A DNA stretch of 64,000 nucleotides from Elusimicrobiota bacterium. GTDB lineage: Bacteria > Elusimicrobiota > Elusimicrobia > F11. Position numbers and translations under genes: made by a program. Location of the stretch: the NCBI GenBank assembly GCA_044221725.1, contig JBGAON010000004.1:96001-160000 (forward strand), read 5' to 3'. This document shows, in pieces, positions 29,237-38,562 of the stretch. Position 1 is the first letter of the stretch; the number at the start of each line of letters is the position of its first letter. The notes beneath the pieces are model-generated. The model saw only the letters and a program-made list of their open reading frames with translations. It ran no database searches and had not been told where the DNA came from.

Positions 29237-30102
29237 TGAATATCGGAACCAGAATCGCCCGCAAGTTTATTACGAAATTTCCAGCGACGTTCGTTCCGTT
29301 GCACGCGCGTTGGATGCGATCCCGGTACCGGCAGATGGGACTATCGAGAGGTGTTTGTGTGCTTTCGTTCGATAACGATTACGCCGAAGACAATCGTGCG
29401 GCAGCGGAGCTGTTGCCGTTATTAAACTCGTTTCAAATAAAGGCGACGTGGGCCGTCATCGGCATGTGGGTTGAAAAATTTCCGGATCTGCATCGGCAAA
29501 TAATTTCCGCGGGGCACGAATTGATCAATCACACGTGGTCTCATCCGGATAGCGCGGAATTGCGCAGCGGCGATCCACGAAAATTTAATGAGATGAGCAA
29601 CGAAGAACTTGAGGCGGAGATCGCACGGGCTCACACCGTTTGTATCCAAACACTAAACTATGAGATGAAGGGTTTTCGTTCGCCGCATTTTCGAATTCAC
29701 GCAAAAGCTGCAAAGGTTCTCCAAAAGTACGGTTATCGGTTTACCTCGGAAGTGCCGGCGTTGGAAACACGGACGTTCGGGTTGCCGCACGAAAGCAATG
29801 GACTTCTCGAGCTGCCTCTTTCAAATATTCCACGCCGTCCGGATCGACTGCCCGAAACCTACCGATTATTCCGTTCACCGAACGGTCTATACGACTCTGA
29901 ACGGCAATTTTTCACGGATTTCTGTGAACTGATTAATCTTACGGCGCATTACGGATTGTTCACCTGTTTGTATTTGGATCCGATGGACGTGCAGAAATTG
30001 AAAGCCCCAACATTTTCCGCGTATCTGGAAGTTCTTAAGAAATCGAACGTCGATGTGGTGACGATGCGGCAAGCCGCGGCCCTTTTTGAAAAACGAAACT
30101 AA
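29236..30102 (+). CDS. Polysaccharide deacetylase (CE4/NodB)
   Basis: LSFDND, ATW.VIG, GHELINHTWSHP, GFRSP. Confidence 0.88.
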   Translation: MNIGTRIARKFITKFPATFVPLHARWMRSRYRQMGLSRGVCVLSFDNDYAEDNRAAAELLPLLNSFQIKATWAVIGMWVEKFPDLHRQIISAGHELINHTWSHPDSAELRSGDPRKFNEMSNEELEAEIARAHTVCIQTLNYEMKGFRSPHFRIHAKAAKVLQKYGYRFTSEVPALETRTFGLPHESNGLLELPLSNIPRRPDRLPETYRLFRSPNGLYDSERQFFTDFCELINLTAHYGLFTCLYLDPMDVQKLKAPTFSAYLEVLKKSNVDVVTMRQAAALFEKRN

Positions 30103-31351
30103 GATTCAAATTTTGATCGTATCCGAGACCGATTTCGCGAGCGGCGAAGGGCATAAGCGGCGCATCTTGACCGTCGTTCGCACGCTGGTTGATCGGTACG
30201 GAAAAGAAAGCGTGGACTGGCTTGTGATAGTGCCAAGCGGACTTAATTTGGTGCGAACATATGCGCGTATGCGGCGCATACGACAGGATTACGATGGCCT
30301 TTGTGGGCGATTAAGTTTTCTTCTTAATATTCAACACCCGTTGGTTCGTTGGTGTTGGGCGCCAATCGTATCCTGGCTGGCGACCCGCCTGGTTTCGCGA
30401 TACCCCGGGCGCCGGGTTGTCATTTGGAGCGAGATGACTCATTCGGCGTTGCCTCTGTTGCGAGCGAAACGCCAATTGTCGGTACCGCTCATTGTCGACA
30501 TTCACGGCATTGCCGACGAAGTTCTGCAGCGCAATATTCCATCGAACAAGCGGCAAACAATTTATGCGCAATCGTTGGAGCAAGAAAAAACAATTCTCAA
30601 AGCTGCGGATGGTTGGGTCGCGGTTTCAAATAAGATGCTGGCCGAACACAAAAATCGAGTGGCCAAAAAACCCGCCTGGGAAGCGGTGATTCCCAACACG
30701 GCCGATGAGAAACGATTTGTATGGAATCCAGCGCAGCGCAAAAGCCAGCGCGCCACGTTACGTTGCGAAGACAATTTTGTGTTTGTTTATTCGGGCGGTG
30801 TCCAGCGCTGGCAGTCAATCGATTCGGTGTTGCGATTGATGGCATCCATTGATCAACACGAAGGTTTCCGGTCGTCGTTGCGGCCGTTCTTTTTGTTCCT
30901 GACTTGGGATAAGAATTTCTCATTCGATAAAAAGCTTGCCGAGCTTGGTATCCGTTTGAACAATGCGAAATTCCGACACGCATCAGAAACAGAAGTGCCG
31001 GCGTATTTGCAAGCGGCGGACGCTGGTATCCTGCTCCGAGAAGACAATATCGTGAATCGTGTTTCGTGCCCAACCAAAGCCGCCGAATATCTTTTATCGG
31101 GGTTGCCAATCATTACCACACCATTTGCCGGCGATGTGAGCGACATCGTGAAAGAAAATAATGTGGGTCTTGTGCTGCCGAACACCTCGGTGTTTGATGG
31201 CGATGCCATCGAACGATGGTGTGGGCGAGTGAACGCCACGCGTTCGTCTGTCGCCGAACGCTGTGTCGACGTGGGCAAACGGTTTTTTGGGAGCGACAAA
31301 AAAGATCTGTTAGCCAAAGCGGTCGAACAATGCGCCAAACTCTCCGACTAA
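30086..31351 (+). CDS. GT4 glycosyltransferase
   Basis: DIHG, YSGG..RWQ, ADAGILLRE..IVNRVSCPTKAAEYL..GLPII. Confidence 0.85.
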   Translation: MKNETKIQILIVSETDFASGEGHKRRILTVVRTLVDRYGKESVDWLVIVPSGLNLVRTYARMRRIRQDYDGLCGRLSFLLNIQHPLVRWCWAPIVSWLATRLVSRYPGRRVVIWSEMTHSALPLLRAKRQLSVPLIVDIHGIADEVLQRNIPSNKRQTIYAQSLEQEKTILKAADGWVAVSNKMLAEHKNRVAKKPAWEAVIPNTADEKRFVWNPAQRKSQRATLRCEDNFVFVYSGGVQRWQSIDSVLRLMASIDQHEGFRSSLRPFFLFLTWDKNFSFDKKLAELGIRLNNAKFRHASETEVPAYLQAADAGILLREDNIVNRVSCPTKAAEYLLSGLPIITTPFAGDVSDIVKENNVGLVLPNTSVFDGDAIERWCGRVNATRSSVAERCVDVGKRFFGSDKKDLLAKAVEQCAKLSD

Positions 31352-32436
31352 CTTTTGTGATCCCATCGCTGGAAGCCGGTGGTGCCGAGAAGGTGATGGC
31401 GCTGCTCGCAAACGCGATGGCGGAGCGGGAACATGCGGTCACCGTTCTGACATGGGACGATGGCGGACAAAAACCGTTTCATGCGCTCGCGCCCAATGTT
31501 CGTCATCGGCCATTAAACATTCGCGGCGATTCGAAAAATGCGGCAGAGGCGCTTTCTGCCAATGTTGGGCGCATCCGCGCTGTGCGGAGCGCGTTAAAAG
31601 AATCGGATCCGCATGTGATTTTATCGTTCATTGATACGACCAACGTGGTGGTGTTAATGGCGACCATCGGACTGGGAATTCCGGTTGTGGTCGGAGAGCG
31701 CATGGATCCAAGAGATTTTCCGCGGAAGGCCGTTTGGCGGTGGCTGCGCGCCATGACGTATCCTTGGGCGAGCCATATCGTTGTTCAGACGCAAGCGGGC
31801 AAAGAATTTTTCGCCGACAGTCTCCAAAAGAAAATTTCCGTCATTCCAAACCCGGTGCCGCCCCCTTCTGTTTCACGCAGCAACCAACTGAACAAAAAGA
31901 TTCTTGCGATTGGACGGCTTTCACTCGATAAAGGTTTCGATTTGTTGTTGCAAGCGTTCGCGGTGCTTCGCAAGACACATCCCGATTGGACACTTTCGAT
32001 TGTTGGTGAGGGATCGGAGCGAAAACGTTTCGAGAAACTTCGGGATGATCTTAATCTCGGGACTGCTGTGGAGTTTCTTGGTCAGGTTCACGGTGCACAA
32101 AATCATCTTGCGGCCGCGGCGATTTTCGTTATGCCGTCGCGTACGGAGGGAATTCCCAACGCGCTATTAGAGGCGATGGCGATGGGATTGCCCGTGATCG
32201 CGTCCGATTGCAACGGTTGCAAAGCCGTGGTTGAAAACGACGTCAACGGTCTGTTGTTTCCATCCGAAAATGCTAAAGCTTTGTCCGAACGTCTCATTCG
32301 TTTGGTGGAGAACACGGCGGAACGTGAACGGTTGGCCAAGCGCGCTTCGGAAATTGTGGATCGGCTGGATCCGCCGGTTATTTGGGACGCATGGGAAAAA
32401 GTTTTCTCGGATGTTAAAAAGGGAGGCACGATTTGA
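31330..32436 (+). CDS. GT4 glycosyltransferase (AmsD/PglJ-like)
   Basis: GGAEKV, IPNP, IGRL..DKGFD, SRTEGIPNALLEAMAMGLPVI. Confidence 0.92.
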   Translation: MRQTLRLTFVIPSLEAGGAEKVMALLANAMAEREHAVTVLTWDDGGQKPFHALAPNVRHRPLNIRGDSKNAAEALSANVGRIRAVRSALKESDPHVILSFIDTTNVVVLMATIGLGIPVVVGERMDPRDFPRKAVWRWLRAMTYPWASHIVVQTQAGKEFFADSLQKKISVIPNPVPPPSVSRSNQLNKKILAIGRLSLDKGFDLLLQAFAVLRKTHPDWTLSIVGEGSERKRFEKLRDDLNLGTAVEFLGQVHGAQNHLAAAAIFVMPSRTEGIPNALLEAMAMGLPVIASDCNGCKAVVENDVNGLLFPSENAKALSERLIRLVENTAERERLAKRASEIVDRLDPPVIWDAWEKVFSDVKKGGTI

Positions 32437-33338
32437 GCGAGCAATCAATGAATCAGGAACTCGTTAGCGTTGTCATTCCTGTTTATAACGAAGAAGATTG
32501 CATCGTTGCGACGATCGAGCAGGTGGAGACGGCGCTGCGCGCATCCGGCCGATCGTTCGAGATTATTGTTGTGGATGATGGGTCCACGGACAAATCCGCA
32601 GTGCTCGCGAGCTCAAAGAATGTTCGCGTGGTTCGTCACCGGCGAAATTATGGCGTTGGTGCGGCGCGTAAGACCGGAATCAGTCAGGCAAAGGGTTCGG
32701 TCATCGTAACCACCGACGCCGACGGCACTTACCCGAACGACCAAATTCCGCATCTGATCGAACGGTATTACGCAACGGATGCCGATATGGTGGTCGGTGC
32801 GCGCATCGGAAAAAATGTTGTTTACGAATGGCCGCACCGCGCGATCCCAAAATTTCTCATCCGAAAGCTTGCAAGCTACTTAACCCAAACGAAAATTCCC
32901 GATCTGAATTCAGGGTTGCGCGTGATTAAAAAGGAAGCTGCACTCGAATATTTCTTTCTTTTGCCGGACAGCCACTCCTGGGAAAGCACGATCACAATTG
33001 CATTTCTCTCCAACAAAAAAATCGTTGAGTTCGAGCCGATTGATTACTTCAAACGAAAGGGCGGACGCTCGACGTTTGCTCCAATCAAAGACACGTACAA
33101 CTATTTATCATTGGTGGTACGGACCGTGATGTATTTCAATCCGCTGCGGATTTTTATCCCGCTTAGTTTGGGCGTCATGTTGGCGGGCGGAATCAAAATG
33201 ATCTACGACTGGATCGTTTACCACCGTATCGGCGGTCTCGATGTGATTATTTTTGTGAGTGGAGTCATGGTGGTGCTTCTGGGCTTGCTTGCCGATCTCA
33301 TTGTGACCATAGGTCGACGGTCCGCTCGTCTGGTCTAA
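32433..33338 (+). CDS. GT2 with C-terminal TMs (ArnC/DPM-like polyprenol-phosphate sugar synthase)
   Basis: VVIPVYNEE, VDDGSTD, DADGTY, DLNSGLR, NPLRIF followed by two TMs. Confidence 0.9.
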   Translation: MSEQSMNQELVSVVIPVYNEEDCIVATIEQVETALRASGRSFEIIVVDDGSTDKSAVLASSKNVRVVRHRRNYGVGAARKTGISQAKGSVIVTTDADGTYPNDQIPHLIERYYATDADMVVGARIGKNVVYEWPHRAIPKFLIRKLASYLTQTKIPDLNSGLRVIKKEAALEYFFLLPDSHSWESTITIAFLSNKKIVEFEPIDYFKRKGGRSTFAPIKDTYNYLSLVVRTVMYFNPLRIFIPLSLGVMLAGGIKMIYDWIVYHRIGGLDVIIFVSGVMVVLLGLLADLIVTIGRRSARLV

Positions 33339-33342
33339 CAAA

Positions 33343-34593
33343 ATGAAAACGAAACACGCGCTGCTGATATTTTTATTGGCGCTCGTGATTCGGATCGGTT
33401 ACGTGGTTTTGGATAGCCACGGCGCCGATGAAATTAATCCGCGGTTCGATTCTTTTGGATACCACACCTACGCCGTAAATCTTCTCGACCATCATCGCTT
33501 CGAAACCGATAACGGCTATCGCGCCACACGAATGCCCGGTTATCCAGCATTTTTGGCTCTTGTGTACGCGTTGTTTGGTCGGAGCGTGCTCGCTGTGCAG
33601 CTGATTCAAGCAGCGCTCAGCGCGCTCGCCTGCGTCCTCATTGCTTTTGCCGCTTCGCGTTTTTTGCCGTTCGCCTGGGCTGTTGCGGCCGGAATTGTGG
33701 CGTCCGTTTATTTTGATTTTTTTGCCGGAGTTCCGCGTGTGCTCAGCGAAACGCTCTATATTTTTTTTCTATCGACGTTCTTTTTTGTTTTATTCGAACG
33801 GCCAGCGTACACCCGGGCCCGCATTTTCGTCGCCGGTTGTGTGCTGGGTATGTGCGGAATGATTCGCCCGGAAGCAACATTGTTTGGAGCGCTTGTTGCG
33901 GCAGGACTTGTGTTCTTTCCCGCGCAGCAGAAACGAAGCCTTGCGCTGTTTTTTTGCGCCGGCATCGCGATTTTTGTGGGTGCATGGACGGTTCGAAACC
34001 ACGCAATATTGGGCAAATGGATTCCGAGCACAACACGCGGAGGCGCCAGTGTTTATTGCGGATTCCAACGGCCGTTGACCGAATTGGGGCTGGCATCTGT
34101 CGATACGTTAACCTCTTCTTCTTCCGATGAGATTGAAGACGACCGTCTTTTCTATGCGAAAGCCAGACAAGCGTACAGCCAAGCGTCGTGGCGATTGATC
34201 ATGAAGATTTGGTTGTACGGCGTGGTCATTTTGCTGTACCCGTTTCATCCCTGGTACGACTGGACGTTGGTTTTTTGCTGGCCGTTTTGGTTATCCGGAA
34301 TGTGGTTTTTGTGGCAGCGGAGCGACCGGTTTGGCCTGACGCTGATGGCGTATGTTTTATCGAGCAGCGCCCTTTATATCGTTGTGGGCGGAATTGCCGC
34401 GCGTTACCGTGAACCGTTAGCGCCCGGGCTTGTTTTGTTGGCCGCGGCCGGCGGCTATTTTCTCTTCGAACGATTTGGAAAGAAAATCTTTCAACGGTGG
34501 GCCTGCGCGTGGTTGGCCGTAAACTTGGTGATTTGGATTGGCAATCCGTTTATTCGTCAAACGCTCTTATCGTTAAAAGGACGGATTTGGTGA
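33343..34593 (+). CDS. ArnT-like GT-C membrane glycosyltransferase
   Basis: DS.GY..YA.NL, RMPGYPAFLA, LSETL, IRPE, WTVRN, RYR.P; paralogous to 22814-24250. Confidence 0.8.
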   Translation: MKTKHALLIFLLALVIRIGYVVLDSHGADEINPRFDSFGYHTYAVNLLDHHRFETDNGYRATRMPGYPAFLALVYALFGRSVLAVQLIQAALSALACVLIAFAASRFLPFAWAVAAGIVASVYFDFFAGVPRVLSETLYIFFLSTFFFVLFERPAYTRARIFVAGCVLGMCGMIRPEATLFGALVAAGLVFFPAQQKRSLALFFCAGIAIFVGAWTVRNHAILGKWIPSTTRGGASVYCGFQRPLTELGLASVDTLTSSSSDEIEDDRLFYAKARQAYSQASWRLIMKIWLYGVVILLYPFHPWYDWTLVFCWPFWLSGMWFLWQRSDRFGLTLMAYVLSSSALYIVVGGIAARYREPLAPGLVLLAAAGGYFLFERFGKKIFQRWACAWLAVNLVIWIGNPFIRQTLLSLKGRIW

Positions 34594-35183
34594 ACGCAGC
34601 GAGCGCTTTCAAACAGCACACCGGTCTTTTTAGCCCGTTTGTGGATGGAATGCGGCAAAAGAAAATTGCGGCGGCCGTTCGGCCAGGCGAAAACATTTTG
34701 GATGTGGGTTGTGGCCCCGGTTTGTTGATCGCGTACCTTCCTGAACAATGTCGTTACACCGGCATCGATAGCAATCGTGATACGGTCGAGTTCAATTCCA
34801 AAAATTTTTCTCAGCACAAATTTTATTGCGCGAACGTTTTAATAGACGCGCTTCCGATTTCCGAGCCAAAATTTGATGTTGTGGTACTGGGAGCAATGCT
34901 CGAGCATGTTGATGAAAAGACGTTGTTGCTCAAGAAAGTACGAGAAGTGCTGAAACCGTCCGGCCGGATTCTCGCAACAACTCCCAGCCGTATCGGTGGA
35001 TTTGTACATGAGCTCCTTGCACGGCTCGCGCTACTCAGTCATGAGGCGGCAGAGGAACACAAAGGATTTCTCAACTCCAAGGATATTTGTGCGCTTTCCG
35101 AATCAGCGGCTCTGAATGTGCAGCATTACGAAACGTTTCAGTGCGGACTTAACCAATTTTTCATTCTCACGCCCCGGCAATGA
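34590..35183 (+). CDS. Class I SAM-dependent methyltransferase
   Basis: ILDVGCGPG, FDVVVLGAMLEH, LKPSG; GTG start overlapping the previous stop. Confidence 0.88.
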   Translation: MNAASAFKQHTGLFSPFVDGMRQKKIAAAVRPGENILDVGCGPGLLIAYLPEQCRYTGIDSNRDTVEFNSKNFSQHKFYCANVLIDALPISEPKFDVVVLGAMLEHVDEKTLLLKKVREVLKPSGRILATTPSRIGGFVHELLARLALLSHEAAEEHKGFLNSKDICALSESAALNVQHYETFQCGLNQFFILTPRQ

Positions 35184-35191
35184 CGATTAGT

Positions 35192-36379
35192 TTACTTCAG
35201 CTTGAGATAAAGGGAAAGATACTTTTCGGCCGCTTTTTCGATCGAAAATTCCAATGCTTTCGCTCCGGCGTGATCGCCCATGATCTCCAGGATCTTCGGT
35301 TCGTTTAGAATTCGCCGCAAGCAGTTTTCAAGTTCCACCGCAGAATAAGGATCAAACAAAAGCCCTTCGTTTTCATGTTCGATGACGTCCATAATTCCTG
35401 AGACACGCGAAGCAAGAATCATGAGATTTGAAGCCATGGCTTCGAGCAGAGAATTCGAAAGTCCTTCTGTTAACGAAGGCAACACAAACACATCGGCGGA
35501 TTGATACAGCTCGTTAACGTTGGTGCGGGCCGGTAACAGCCTAACGGAATGTTGAAGATTCCATTTTGCGATGAGTCCTGCATAATCGCTTTCGAGCGGG
35601 CCTTTTCCCACGAGATAAAAGAACACATCGTTGCGATCTTTAAAAGCGTTGGACCATGCTTTTAAAAAGTGTTCGAAAACGTCGACTTTAATTTTTTCGT
35701 CGCTGAACCGACCCGTGTAAAGAAACACAAGTCCCGACCATCCCAGTGCTTCACGAAGTGCTTTTCTTTGTTGCGGTTTGGCCGGATGATAAATTTTTGT
35801 TTCAACACCATTTGGCATCAAATGGACAGCGATCGATTCCAATCCAAACCCTTCCAACTCATCGCGTTGCGTCTCACTGAGGATGATGAAATTGGGGTGC
35901 AAGAATCCAAGCGCAAGTAATTTAAGCCGGCCAAAAAGCGAGTGACGTGACACCGCGAGCTCACCGATTTTTTTTCCACCACCGATCAGAACGACAACCT
36001 TTTTCCCAATGAGTTTTCCGGCAAGCGCGGCGGCCACCGCGTGCGACGCCGCCAAATGGACATGAATGATGTCGTAGCGCCGCGGATTTCGAATCAGATG
36101 CCAAAACACCGCCACCATGAAGGTAATCGAATGCCATACGGATGTTCCGCCCCAGCCCAGCCGCGTCACGGGGACGCCCTGGATCTTGTCGTTCTTGGGA
36201 TATCCTTGCAGACGTTCGATGAGCACGTTAACGCGCACGCCGCGTTCTTGCAGGGCTTTCGATAGCACAAGGCATTGTTTCTCGGCGCCACCAATGGAGG
36301 GATAAAACGTTTGGATCACCATGACCACGGACAAGGGGTGAGCGGGCTTTTCAGCGGAGGAAGAACGAGAATTCATCAA
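35192..36379 (-). CDS. GT4 glycosyltransferase
   Basis: FYPSIGGAEKQ, PNGV, DVFVLPSLTEGLSNSLLEAMAS. Confidence 0.93.
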   Translation of the reverse strand: MMNSRSSSAEKPAHPLSVVMVIQTFYPSIGGAEKQCLVLSKALQERGVRVNVLIERLQGYPKNDKIQGVPVTRLGWGGTSVWHSITFMVAVFWHLIRNPRRYDIIHVHLAASHAVAAALAGKLIGKKVVVLIGGGKKIGELAVSRHSLFGRLKLLALGFLHPNFIILSETQRDELEGFGLESIAVHLMPNGVETKIYHPAKPQQRKALREALGWSGLVFLYTGRFSDEKIKVDVFEHFLKAWSNAFKDRNDVFFYLVGKGPLESDYAGLIAKWNLQHSVRLLPARTNVNELYQSADVFVLPSLTEGLSNSLLEAMASNLMILASRVSGIMDVIEHENEGLLFDPYSAVELENCLRRILNEPKILEIMGDHAGAKALEFSIEKAAEKYLSLYLKLK

Positions 36380-36433
36380 AGCGTTGATATACCAAAATTC
36401 ATACGGCGAATACGTTTAAAGTAACATCGCGTC

Positions 36434-37927
36434 GTGCACAGAGAACGTTTCTTTGTTGCTTTCACCGGACTCCTATTCATCTTCGCTGCCATGGCGAATG
36501 GTGCCCACGATTTGTGGGCGTCCACCATTATCTATTTGTGCATCATGTTCCTTACGGCCGCGCTGGTTTTTTATGCGGCGAAGTTTCCTGAAAATGTTTT
36601 AGACCTGTCTGTTGTGCCCGCAATAAGTGGCATTCCGCTCGCCATGTTTTTGTCGTTCCATTTCTCCAGCAATCCGTCCGCGGCTTATTTAAGTCTCATG
36701 GATTGGTTGATGTCGCTTCTTTTGTTCGTGGTTGCGATGAACGTGTTCAAATCGGATAGAGCCGTTGAGACGTTTTTCATGATGATTCTTCCGTGCATGT
36801 ACATAGAGTTTGCCATGGTTTTAAAGCAAATTCCACGCATTGAAGAGGAGAAGTGGGGGACGCTCGTCAATGGGAATTTGTTGGTCGCGTTTGTATTACC
36901 GCTCTTGCTTATATTCATTATGAAAGCCGTTAAAGATTGGACCAGCCACCGCACCCGGGCGTATTATTGGATTTCAGGAACCGCGACAGGCCTCGGCTGC
37001 ATGGTTATGGCGCAGAGTGGAATGGGGTGGATTTGTTTGATGATCGGCCTCGCGTTGTATGCTTTTGAATTTAGAGATACACGGATTTTCAAACCACTAT
37101 TTCGTTATTGGCGCTGGTTCGCATGCGTGGGCAGCGTAACTATTGCTTGGATTATTATCGACAAATTTACGCGGCACTACGATCCCACCGTTTATGCTCA
37201 TCGAGGATCGAACGACCGTTTTTACTGGTGGAAGAGCGCCTATCTCATGTTTCGTGATTATCCGTGGTTTGGGATTGGCATTGGAAATTTCGAAAGTGCG
37301 TACTTGGCTTACAAGGTCGGAGGGAAGGAGAACACCTTGTACGCGCACAGTGTGCCAATTGAGATTTTGGTGGAAAGCGGAATTGTGGGGTTCTCGGCCG
37401 TTACGATTTTCTTGCTGGCATGGCTTAACCGTGTTCGTGTGGCATGGAGCGCTGAAAGACTTCGTCGCGAATTTTTGCCTCCGGTCGTTGCCTTATCGCT
37501 GTTCTATACCGTGAACATTGGACCGGAGTACCTCGTTAATTTGATGATGCTCCTGGTGCTGTTCGCGATTATTATCGCGCCCATGGATTACCAGGCCGTT
37601 AAACCCCGCCTTTCCTGGTTTCTCGTTATTGCTGGCGTTTTTGTGGCCGCGTCGCCCTACGTGCTGTCACCCTTTTTCGCCAGTCGGAATATTGTGGATG
37701 GCGGCACCTACGTTGCTGAAAAGAATTGGGAAAGTGCGCAGAAAAGTTTTGAGACCGCCCTTGCGCTGGACTCCCGCGCGTGGGAACCTTACGCCGGTTT
37801 GGCGCGTATCGCTTTTGAACAACACGCGTTTGCTCAAGCGGTGGCGCTTCAAAAACAGGCAATCGCGCGGAATCGGTTGTTTGTTCCGCTTAAAAAAGAG
37901 TTGGAGATCTACGAACGCTTCTTATGA
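36434..37927 (+). CDS. O-antigen ligase (Wzy_C) family protein with C-terminal TPR
   Basis: DRFYWWKSA..MFRDYPWFGIGIGNF, YAHS..EILVESGIVG; TPR-like tail. Confidence 0.82.
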   Translation: MHRERFFVAFTGLLFIFAAMANGAHDLWASTIIYLCIMFLTAALVFYAAKFPENVLDLSVVPAISGIPLAMFLSFHFSSNPSAAYLSLMDWLMSLLLFVVAMNVFKSDRAVETFFMMILPCMYIEFAMVLKQIPRIEEEKWGTLVNGNLLVAFVLPLLLIFIMKAVKDWTSHRTRAYYWISGTATGLGCMVMAQSGMGWICLMIGLALYAFEFRDTRIFKPLFRYWRWFACVGSVTIAWIIIDKFTRHYDPTVYAHRGSNDRFYWWKSAYLMFRDYPWFGIGIGNFESAYLAYKVGGKENTLYAHSVPIEILVESGIVGFSAVTIFLLAWLNRVRVAWSAERLRREFLPPVVALSLFYTVNIGPEYLVNLMMLLVLFAIIIAPMDYQAVKPRLSWFLVIAGVFVAASPYVLSPFFASRNIVDGGTYVAEKNWESAQKSFETALALDSRAWEPYAGLARIAFEQHAFAQAVALQKQAIARNRLFVPLKKELEIYERFL

Positions 37928-38535
37928 CGAATCATTTTCTGCGGTGGCTTGGCGTTTCGCTTGATCACGGTTGGTACTTTCTTGGCGGGTTTTTTCAGCG
38001 CTTGTAACGACTCGATTGCTTCGCGCACACCAGGCGATACATCCAAAATCTTTTCGAACGTTGCGATGGCCTTCTCATTGTCCTTCCCAGAGAAATAGCT
38101 GTTTCCCAAGCCCAGAAGAGCAAGCGGGTCGTTTGGTTTCATGCGCAACGCGTCGAGAAAACTTTTTTGGGCGCGGTCGGCGATGCCTTTCGTGAGATAA
38201 ATATTGCCGAGCGCAAGAGCGGAATCGTAGGTGTGATTGGAATTTGCAACGGCTTGTGTGAACGCTTCGGCCGCCTTGTCGGTGTTGCGTAACTGAACGT
38301 AGGATTTCCCGAGCATTTCATAGGCGCGACCTTTTTCTTCGGCGCCATCGCCCTCGCGCCAATCGGTGAGCGCGGTGGTCAGCGTGTCGATCGTATTGAT
38401 GTAATTTTTTTCGTTGAACGATTGCTCGGCTTGCGCGATTCGATCCGAAAAGGGCTTGCGGCATCCGGTGAACCCACCTGTCAGGAGTGCAACGCACGCC
38501 ACCGGCCCGGCCCACCGCGAAATTAATTGTTTCAT
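37909..38535 (-). CDS. TPR lipoprotein
   Basis: Lipobox-like FTGC; repeated TPR motifs (AYEMLGKSY, ALALGNIY, ALLGLGNSY). Confidence 0.8.
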   Translation of the reverse strand: MKQLISRWAGPVACVALLTGGFTGCRKPFSDRIAQAEQSFNEKNYINTIDTLTTALTDWREGDGAEEKGRAYEMLGKSYVQLRNTDKAAEAFTQAVANSNHTYDSALALGNIYLTKGIADRAQKSFLDALRMKPNDPLALLGLGNSYFSGKDNEKAIATFEKILDVSPGVREAIESLQALKKPAKKVPTVIKRNAKPPQKMIRHKKRS

Positions 38536-38562
38536 TCGGTCCGATTGTAGAATAATCGGCCT

